Shown: positions 56,506 to 64,000 of the stretch, in pieces | Layout of the letters: each line of letters opens with the position of its first letter | Numbering within the stretch: position 1 is the stretch's first letter | Origin: an archaeon | Lineage (GTDB): Archaea > Nanobdellota > Nanobdellia > Pacearchaeales > GW2011-AR1 | Length of the DNA: 64,000 nt | NCBI GenBank assembly: GCA_043821945.1 | Contig: JBDRCH010000002.1 | Location: forward strand, 141 to 64,140 | Direction: 5' to 3' | Translations under genes and position numbers: made by a program | Notes under the pieces: model-generated | Told to the model about the DNA's origin: nothing | The model's database searches: none | Seen by the model: only the letters and a program-made list of their open reading frames with translations

Positions 56506-57990
56506 TTATGGGTTGATATTATTTGTAATTACATCATTTCCTTCATCAGTATCTCCTGGTGCAGAACCATCATTTCCAACAACTTCATTACTTCCAGTGT
56601 CTCTCTCATCAATCACATTATTTTCTTCGTGTCCTCCAGAAGCAACATCTGTTTTAACTTCAGGCTTTAGATTATCATCTCCAGAGCTTTCTCCTTCTTC
56701 TACAACAACATTCTGAACATCTTGTTTTCCTTCACCAATTCCAGAAGTTCCAGGAGCAAAAGTTCTTTCTGCTATCTGTTCTTTAATCTGATTCATTTCT
56801 TGTTTTATCTCATTTACCATCGTTCTACCTTCAGTACCATTAACATCAATTTTATTTTGTTCTGATTTATTTTCAAATTCATCAATAGTATTTTTAACTT
56901 CTTTTCCAATAATATAATTTATTAAACCTTCCTCATTTTCAACCATTGTAATTTTACCACATTTTTCTTCTAAAAAAACATCGCCATCAAAACATTGAGG
57001 AATTGATTCCCTCATTGTGGGTATTGAACCTTCTTTCCCACATTTATTTCTTGTTCCTATAAAATTCCCATATTCATCCCAATCCTTTTCTGTTTCTTTA
57101 AACTTATCATATTGCCTACATTCTGGTTTGTCATTCTCATTCCAACATTCTTCAGGAACACAATCTGAAGGTGTTTCTCCCCATAACATCTGCTCTTCTT
57201 TTGCTCTGAACAAATTCATCAAAAACTTCGGAACAAAACTTTCTGCTTTCGGAACATTCAAAGAGTTTAATTCATTACAAGCACCTTCATCATCTTGATA
57301 TTCACATTTAAGTGCAAGAGCAACCATTTTTTCACACTTTATTTTTTCTTCATCATCAAAATTATTTTCACAATTGCAAGTTCCAGGATCATCTATACAA
57401 CTTCTAATCTCCAACATTAATTTAACAAACATTCTTTCTTGCAAATCTCTTAATTTTTCTAAATCCTCTTTAAGTGGTTCAGGTGCAGTTTCAGGATTGC
57501 ATTCCTCATCTTTTAACATTAAAGCAAAATCTTCTTTCGCTAATTCACTACAATACTCATAAGTTTTTTCAGTAAGAACAGCTGTAAGCTGTGTTTTTTC
57601 CTCTTCTAAAATATATTCATCAAAATACTCTAGAAGAGTTTCATCTTTATTTACTTTATTAACTATTTCTTCAGTACTGGATTTAACTTCTTCGGAAGTA
57701 TCTAAAGAAACTTTTTCCTGCACAATCTGAAGCTTTTCTTTTGCATTTTCTAAATTTTTAATAGCTTTTTCTTTTTCTTGATTTTGAACATTAATCATCG
57801 CAGAATTAACTTCTTTTTCTCTTATCTCTAATGCCAACTGAACTTTACTATCTCCTCCTGAAAAAGTTAATTTAACACTATCAACAAATCTACTAAACCC
57901 TAAATAAGTTTGGGATTGTTCCTGAGCAAGAACTAAAGGTGAAACTAATAATATCCCTAATAAAACTAAAACTATCACTTCTTTTTTCAT
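56506..57990 (-). CDS. Secreted Cys-rich, highly acidic coiled-coil protein
   Basis: Signal peptide MKKEVIVLVLLGILLVSPLVLAQ, E/K coiled-coil region, central Cys-rich block (20 Cys), and an acidic low-complexity C-terminus. Confidence 0.55.
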   Translation of the reverse strand: MKKEVIVLVLLGILLVSPLVLAQEQSQTYLGFSRFVDSVKLTFSGGDSKVQLALEIREKEVNSAMINVQNQEKEKAIKNLENAKEKLQIVQEKVSLDTSEEVKSSTEEIVNKVNKDETLLEYFDEYILEEEKTQLTAVLTEKTYEYCSELAKEDFALMLKDEECNPETAPEPLKEDLEKLRDLQERMFVKLMLEIRSCIDDPGTCNCENNFDDEEKIKCEKMVALALKCEYQDDEGACNELNSLNVPKAESFVPKFLMNLFRAKEEQMLWGETPSDCVPEECWNENDKPECRQYDKFKETEKDWDEYGNFIGTRNKCGKEGSIPTMRESIPQCFDGDVFLEEKCGKITMVENEEGLINYIIGKEVKNTIDEFENKSEQNKIDVNGTEGRTMVNEIKQEMNQIKEQIAERTFAPGTSGIGEGKQDVQNVVVEEGESSGDDNLKPEVKTDVASGGHEENNVIDERDTGSNEVVGNDGSAPGDTDEGNDVITNNINP

Positions 57991-58073
57991 TAATTATTTA
58001 AGAAAATATATTATAAAAACCTATCTTTTAATAAAAAGTTTTGAAAATTCCTAATAATTCCCACACTTTTTCA

Positions 58074-58119
58074 ATAGTTATTTAAATATTCTGGTAAAAA
58101 CATGATAATATTTTTGGGA
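58074..58119. repeat. Intergenic repeat family, copy B
   Basis: atagttatttaaatattctggtaaaaacatgataatatttttggga. Its 5' half matches copy C and its 3' half matches copy A. Confidence 0.8.
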
Positions 58120-58132
58120 TTTTGTTATTGAA

Positions 58133-58603
58133 CTAGATCCATCTTCTAACTTTTTTCTTATATTCAAGATATTTTTTGCCAAATTTCTTTTCCATATTTT
58201 TTTCTTCAATAGGAATAACTGTTTTATCAGTTAAGACAATAAAGATAATTGGAATGATAAATGTTGAAATAGAACCAAGAAGTATCGCTACCCCCATAAA
58301 TGTTAAAGCCATTCCTAAATAAGTTGGATTTCTTGTAAATTTGAATGGGCCATCAGATACAAATTTTGAAGGCATGGCATTTGGGCCTATTGTTGTTTTT
58401 TCTTTTCTAAATCTATCTGCAACCCAAACCCAATTCAAATACAGCCCAATCAATATCAAAGGAATTCCCGTTAATGTATAAGGATAGATTATTATCTTTT
58501 TTATGGGGAATAAGTAATAAAGAGCAATTTGTGCAATTATGAAAATCCAAAACAAATCTGGGACAGTCGTTTTTTTCATATTACAACAATTAAAAGAAAA
58601 CAT
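58133..58603 (-). CDS. ICMT/PEMT-like membrane methyltransferase family protein
   Basis: Polytopic. GPFKFTRNPTYLGMAL is typical of isoprenylcysteine carboxyl / phospholipid methyltransferase-like proteins. Confidence 0.5.
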   Translation of the reverse strand: MFSFNCCNMKKTTVPDLFWIFIIAQIALYYLFPIKKIIIYPYTLTGIPLILIGLYLNWVWVADRFRKEKTTIGPNAMPSKFVSDGPFKFTRNPTYLGMALTFMGVAILLGSISTFIIPIIFIVLTDKTVIPIEEKNMEKKFGKKYLEYKKKVRRWI

Positions 58604-58655
58604 TTATAAAAATCTACCTGTTATAAAAAACCCGAATTATTATTGAGAATTTAGC

Positions 58656-58684
58656 ATAGTTATTTAAATATTCTGGTAAAAAAA
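58656..58684. repeat. Intergenic repeat family, copy C (5' half only)
   Basis: atagttatttaaatattctggtaaaaa is identical to the first 27 nt of copy B. Located in a divergent intergenic region. Confidence 0.8.
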
Positions 58685-58731
58685 TCACAAAAGAATTAAG
58701 AAATTATCTAGTATTATTTAATAATATTGGG

Positions 58732-58959
58732 GTGTTGTATGAAATTTTCAATAAAATTCTTAAGAAAAAAATAAAAGAAGAAGTTGTGTTAAATAGTAAA
58801 TTTGAGTTTTTTTTAGAATGGGTTTTTGATAAATTGAACAAAGAAAAAATAATCCGTGAAAATGATTATGAAAAATTAAAGGACTGGCTTAGTAAGTTTG
58901 ATTTAGAACCCATCAATTTAAATTATGGTGGTTTGACGGGTCTATTTAATTTTAACTAA
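58732..58959 (+). CDS. Hypothetical protein
   Basis: 75 aa ORF with no motifs. Confidence 0.3.
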   Translation: MLYEIFNKILKKKIKEEVVLNSKFEFFLEWVFDKLNKEKIIRENDYEKLKDWLSKFDLEPINLNYGGLTGLFNFN

Positions 58960-59011
58960 CCTCGTTTTCTACTATAGTAATCATTAAAAATCATTCAACC
59001 CTTTAAAAATT

Positions 59012-59566
59012 ATGATAACTTACAATGATATTTACGAAGCTTCTAGAAAAGAGAGATATTCTGATCAGTTGCAAAAATTATCTAAATCTTTTATTGTTGA
59101 TGTTGCTGATTATTTGAAGGAAAAAAGAGAAATTGCTTCTAAAGAAGATACTGGTATATCTGATGTTATTGTTAAAACAAAAAAACAACTTGAAAATGCT
59201 ACGACTCTTTTTAATGAGTTGATTTTGAGAAGGAGAAAAAAAATTTTGAATTTAGTTTTGATTGCAGTTGAGACAGGAATTTCTAGGCAGGATTTTGATA
59301 ATATGCTCACTTTAGAAAAAGAATTATTTGAGAATTTGATTAGTTGTATGAAATCCTCTGATATTAGTTTTAATGAAATTCTTAATGGAAAAAATAAAGA
59401 AGAAACTAAAAATGAATTGATAATTTTTAAGGAAGATGTTGAAGAATTTGTTGATCTTGATGGTCAGAAGATGGGGCCTTATTTAAAAGATCAGATTGCA
59501 AATATCCCTAAGGAAATTGCTAAGATTCTAATTGATGATGATAAGGCAGAGATTCTAGAAAGATAG
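59012..59566 (+). CDS. GINS-like replication factor (Gins51/Gins15-like), tentative
   Basis: 184 aa. N-terminal helical pattern ...ERYSDQLQKLSKSFIVDVADYLKEK...ELILRRRKKILNLVLIA resembles archaeal GINS. Confidence 0.4.
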   Translation: MITYNDIYEASRKERYSDQLQKLSKSFIVDVADYLKEKREIASKEDTGISDVIVKTKKQLENATTLFNELILRRRKKILNLVLIAVETGISRQDFDNMLTLEKELFENLISCMKSSDISFNEILNGKNKEETKNELIIFKEDVEEFVDLDGQKMGPYLKDQIANIPKEIAKILIDDDKAEILER

Positions 59567-59744
59567 TTAGGAGTGTTTATATTAAATCAAATCAAAGATT
59601 TTCATTGTTCTCTCAAGGATTGAACGAAACATTTAAATAGTTTAATGAATATGTATTCATAACAAGAATCAAAGATTCTTATGATGTCCGAGATTAATTT
59701 CGAGCATAACTAAATTAAGTGTTTTAGATACTAGGAGAACTAAA

Positions 59745-59966
59745 ATGCCTGAACAAGATCAAACAGGGCCTTTGGGACAAGGACCTATGACTGGAAGAGG
59801 ATTTGGTAGTTGTAGAGGGTTCAGAAGAGGATTTGGAAGAGGATTTTTTGTTAGTGGGCAATTGAATCTTACTTCAGAACAAGAGAAGAAAATCCTTGAA
59901 GCAGAACTTGCTGAACTTGAAACAGAGAAAAAAGAACTAGAGAGTGCATTGAAAAAAGTTAAATAG
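59745..59966 (+). CDS. DUF5320-like protein
   Basis: MPEQDQTGPLGQGPMTGRGFGSCRG matches the DUF5320 N-terminal signature. C-terminal coiled coil. Confidence 0.6.
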   Translation: MPEQDQTGPLGQGPMTGRGFGSCRGFRRGFGRGFFVSGQLNLTSEQEKKILEAELAELETEKKELESALKKVK

Positions 59967-59984
59967 TTTTTTTCTTTTAACAAA

Positions 59985-60260
59985 ATGCCAAGACCATGTA
60001 TTAGAAGAAAAGTTAGAGGGAAACCTTGTGCAAATTATTTTAAACCAGCTGGAGCGAGATTAAAAAATTTAGATGAAATTGTGTTAACTCTTGCTGAATT
60101 TGAAGCAATTCGTCTTGTTGATTTAGATGAAATAGAACAAGGAGAAGCAGGAAAGATGATGGGAATTTCTCAGCCGACTTTTTCTCGATTGTTGAAGAGT
60201 GCTAGAAAGAAAATTTCTGAATCAATTATTAAAGGAAAAGCAATTAGGATTGAGAGTTAA
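59985..60260 (+). CDS. DUF134 (UPF0251) predicted DNA-binding protein
   Basis: MPRPCIRRKV...YFKPAG...LTLAEFEAIRLVDLDEIEQGEAGKMMGISQPTFSRLLKSARKKI is the typical DUF134 HTH layout. Confidence 0.75.
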   Translation: MPRPCIRRKVRGKPCANYFKPAGARLKNLDEIVLTLAEFEAIRLVDLDEIEQGEAGKMMGISQPTFSRLLKSARKKISESIIKGKAIRIES

Positions 60261-60290
60261 ATTTATTAACTTTGAAGAATATGTTTTTGC

Positions 60291-60488
60291 ATGAATAATG
60301 TAAGTAGAACAATAACTGGGATAAGTATGATTGTAATTGGTTTATCTCTAGTGATAGCTTCATTTTTTTGGTTTGTTCTTTTGATTTATGGAATACCTAT
60401 TTTTGTTATTGGAATTTTTATTTTTTTAAATAAAAAAGAAGATGTTATTGAAGAAATAAATATGAAAGGGGGTAAGAAGAATGAGTGA
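60291..60488 (+). CDS. Small two-TM membrane protein
   Basis: 65 aa. Overlaps the next gene by 8 nt. Confidence 0.4.
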   Translation: MNNVSRTITGISMIVIGLSLVIASFFWFVLLIYGIPIFVIGIFIFLNKKEDVIEEINMKGGKKNE

Positions 60489-60807
60489 GGTAATTGTAAC
60501 AACGAGTAATGAAGTTCCTGGAATGAAAGTTGTAAAAGTTTTAGGGGTTGTTAGAGGAAGCACTGTTAGGGCAAGAAATATCGGAAGAGATATTGGTGCT
60601 GGTTTTAAGAATCTTGTTGGAGGAGAGATAAAAACTTATACTGACATGACTGCTCAATCGAGAGATGAGGCCTTTAACAGAATGATTAATTCTGCGATTG
60701 AGATTGGTGCTGATGCTGTGATAGGAATGAGATTTTCAACTTCAATGGTAATGCAGGGTGCTTCAGAAATGTTAGCTTATGGAACTGCTGTTAAATTAGG
60801 AAAGTGA
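60481..60807 (+). CDS. YbjQ/UPF0145 family protein
   Basis: 108 aa. VTTSNEVPG...VLGVVRG...GGEIKTY...R.EAF.RM...A.EIGADAVIGMRF. Confidence 0.8.
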   Translation: MSEVIVTTSNEVPGMKVVKVLGVVRGSTVRARNIGRDIGAGFKNLVGGEIKTYTDMTAQSRDEAFNRMINSAIEIGADAVIGMRFSTSMVMQGASEMLAYGTAVKLGK

Positions 60808-60840
60808 TTCTTGTGAATCTTTTATTTTTTATCTGTTTAT

Positions 60841-60858
60841 ACATACATAATAAGTAAT
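60841..60858. repeat. 18-nt direct repeat, copy 1 (acatacataataagtaat)
   Basis: Identical to 60893..60910, which runs into the start codon of the giant ORF. Confidence 0.8.
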
Positions 60859-60892
60859 TATTATAATTATCGGAAGTTTTATAATACTTATT

Positions 60893-60910
60893 ACATACAT
60901 AATAAGTAAT
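60893..60910. repeat. 18-nt direct repeat, copy 2, overlapping the ATG at 60908
   Basis: Same 18-mer as 60841..60858. Confidence 0.8.
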
Positions 60911-63900
60911 GGGAAGAACTCGATTAGCAAAAGCTGTAGCTGGAGAATTAAAAGAAAGAATAAAGGTTTCTGAAAAAAGAAAAAGAGAATTAATACTTTA
61001 TCTACAAAGACTAAAAGAGATCTACTCAAAAGGAAAGATTTCTTATTCAAAACATATAGAAATAATTTATTCTAAAAGAGATGGAAAAACAATTAACGAA
61101 TGGATAGAATACTATGATCAAGAGATAATATCCTGTGAACAAAAATTAAAGAAACAAAAGAAGAAGATTATCCAAAGATATATCTTGTTGGGTTTTTTTT
61201 CTATTGTTCTAATCTCTTTTTTGTTTTACATTCGTCCAACTTTAATTGGATTTGTCACACAAGAACAAGAATTTACACAATCATTAAATTTTGAATCAAA
61301 TCAATCAACAATCTATGAATGGTTGCTTGAAAATCAAGGGACTTTATTTTCTGTGAAATTATCTGGACTAATAGAAGGAAGTGGAGAAGTTAAAATATAT
61401 CTGGATGATCTATTGATTTTAGATAGCTCTAAAATAAAAAAAATAAAAGGAATTACAGGACAGATTGTTGATGAAGAAAATAAAGGAACTTCTGATTTTT
61501 TTAAAAAGTTTTTTGGTTTTTTTAAAATTGTTGGTAGAGTTGTTGGAGAAACAGAAGTGAAAATCAATGAATCTTTTGATGTAAAAGAAGAGACTAATGA
61601 ATCATATTCAGACATAAACGAGGAGATTCTAGAAGATTCGAGTCCTTCCCAAGAATCTCCTCTCTCTGAAAAAGAAGAACCTCTAAGAGAGATTGAAATA
61701 AGAGAATTTAGTGGTTTATGTGAAGAGACTTGTGATCTTTCTATATTTAATTTAAATAAATCTTCATATTTACTGAGAATAGAAATCTCAAATTCAAAAT
61801 TAATATTGAATGAAATAAAATACAAAACCCTCCCTGAAATAATAACAGAAGATATAACTAAAATTAGAGTAGATGAAGAGGTAACTGAAATCATAACTAA
61901 AAGAAATGCAACCGAAATCACAACAAGAGAAGATATAAGTGAAATCATAGCAGAAGAAAATGTAATAATTAAAACTCAACAATATCCAGCAGTTATTGGG
62001 CAACCTGTGAAGTGGAAAAAGAATGTTGAATTGTTAGAACAGGGAATTGTAAGAGTTAAAGTTCCAAAACAAGCTGAAAATATAACTGTGAATAAACTTT
62101 CAAATTCAGAAATAAAAGAAGAAGCTCCAGAAGATTCGAGTCCTTCCTTGGAGCCTTCTTCTTCTGAAAAACAAATATCAAATTTTAAAATAACTGGGAA
62201 AATTATTTCTAATGAGAGGAAAAGTTCTTTTTTTGATTTTTTCAAAAATCTTTTTTCAAAAATAACTGGAAGAGCAGTTGATATTGAAGATACAGAAGAA
62301 TTTAAAGAAATTATTATTGAAGATAATGCAAAAAATTATGAAATTGAATATGAAACCCCTGCACCTTATGCAATTGAAGAATTGACTGAAATAGGTAAAA
62401 GAGTAAAAATTGTTGGTCCAGAGTATGTTCATTATGAAAATGTTTTGTCATTTACTGAATTAAGTGAGGATCTGAATATTGATGATTCTTCTCGTGTGAA
62501 AATTTATTGGGTTGAGAATGAGAGTTATATTCCAATTCAGAATATTGAAGACAGAGATTCAAATGGGATTTATGATTATATTGAATGGATTGCTCCTGTT
62601 TTAAGCAATCAGACTTTTGAAATAGGGATAGTTATAATTAATGCAGAACATCTTAACCCAGGGAGAAAATTTATTGAAAATATTTATGATTATGTCAAAG
62701 AGGTGGATAATTTAACTTATACTATTCCAAAAAATAATTATGTAAGAGCATATTTTGAAAAAGATTTGATTTCTGGAAATGTTATAGATATCTATGTTCA
62801 CGGTACAGAACAAGCAACAATAGAAGTTTATGAAAAGGATTCTGACTTTGTTGTGGGAAAAATAGAAAATATAACAACTGGGATATATTATATTGAATTA
62901 AATCACACTGAATATCAATCAGTATTTGACTTGAAATCTATTGGAGGGGATGTTGTTTACGATTATATTCATGATGCCTCTAGTATTACTGAAAATGGTT
63001 TTGGCCCTTTTGCACAAACTCCAATAAATATAGGACAGGAAACAACAGTTAATCTTCAGGTTACCACAACAGGAAGATGGAGTGGAACTATTTTTTTAGA
63101 AACAACAGCAGATTCTCAAATAACAACTTCTTGTGGAAGCAATCAAGTAAATTTAACTGGTTGTAGTATTACTGCTGGCTGTAGTTGTGCAGCAGATTAT
63201 ACAGTTTCATGCACTAACATAAATGCTGCAATGACAATAACATGGACAGTTAGGGGATGTACTTTAGGAGCATCTACTTATAGAGGAGGGTGGACAGGGG
63301 ATCAAAGCGGAAATGGTGCGATAACTGCGAATTTGCAAGTTAAAGCACCAGATTTTACTTATCCTACATTTTCTTCTTTTACAGAAACTCCTGCAGATTC
63401 ACCAATATATTCTCAAGGAGCGACATATGAATTTAACACAACTATTGCAGACACAAATGGAACAGTATGGATACAATTTGATGGGAGTAATCGTACTGCA
63501 ACTAATTTGTCAACAGATATTTATAATTGGACAAAAAGAGATCTATCAGCAGGAGTTCATTCTTATAATTGGGGTGCTTATGGAAGTGGAACAGACCATA
63601 ATCTCAATACGAGTTTAATTTATGATTATACTATTAACCAAGCAGTTCCTCAAGGTTCAATCTCAGGAATTTCTCCTATAGAATATCCTGCTTTAGGAAA
63701 TGTTGAAGGAAGTGAAAGTAACATGGGAGATGATAATGTCGGTTATGGTTTGTTCAGGGATGGAGCAAGTGTAACAAATCCAGATAATACAATTATTTTT
63801 GGGGCGGGAACTTATAATTATATTTATAATGCAACTGCTGGAACAAATTACACTACTAATTCAAGCATAGGAGTATTCACTTTGATAGTGAACAAAAATT

Positions 63901-64000
63901 CTTCATTAGTTTTGGATTTAAGTGCTAGCACTCCAATAGAATATGGGGATACAACAGATTTTACTGGTTCAGGTTGTCCATCTGAATTATCTTGTTCATT
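60908..64000 (+). CDS. Giant membrane-anchored surface protein, 5' partial (continues past the window end); absent from the ORF track
   Basis: Hand-translated codon by codon from ATG 60908 to the last base with no stop (over 1030 codons). N-terminal basic coiled region, TM RYILLGFFSIVLISFLFYI, repeated modules, and a Cys- and sequon-rich distal part. Confidence 0.75.

Noticed and set aside
60829-62245. Minus-strand ORFs 60829..61050, 61334..61948, 61800..62003, 61976..62245, and the +-strand ORF 63427..63618
   Set aside because: All overlap the uninterrupted + frame that starts at 60908. Their repeated LESS(R/G)(I/A)SSF peptides are just the reverse translation of the internal 19-nt repeat of the real gene.
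1-64000. CRISPR arrays, rRNA genes, IS elements or transposases
   Set aside because: No regularly spaced direct repeats, no rRNA-like conserved stretches, and no transposase-like ORFs were seen while reading through the window.

Overview
Strongly AT-rich, gene-dense archaeal chromosome segment. Archaeal markers: Orc1/Cdc6, both PolD subunits, RadA, RPA, aEF-1beta, aIF-2alpha, Bud32, XerA-like recombinase, split Hef, and a tRNA with a bulge-helix-bulge (BHB) intron. Small genes, frequent ATGA start/stop overlaps and many class III signal peptide proteins suggest a small-genome (DPANN-like) archaeon, but that placement is inference. About 80 supportable features. Main blocks: (1) replication cluster at 0.1-7.5 kb; (2) housekeeping and accessory genes at 7.5-23 kb, including an acylphosphatase-UppS fusion, an ATP-grasp/C39-like peptidase/GTPase operon and an ArmA/Rmt-like rRNA methyltransferase; (3) an ~11.5 kb type IV pilus-like locus at 23.7-35.0 kb with ATPase, polytopic membrane protein, about 10 pilin-like genes (one LamG-bearing, several Cys-rich), unannotated micro-ORFs and a prepilin peptidase; (4) recombination and translation genes, tRNA-Gln, and SRP54/FtsY flanking a GC-rich non-coding island beside an ORF bracketed by a perfect 13-bp inverted repeat; (5) surface proteins, including an ORF of more than 1030 codons (60908 to window end) absent from the supplied ORF track because it has no stop in the window. 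No rRNA, CRISPR array or recognisable transposase was seen.
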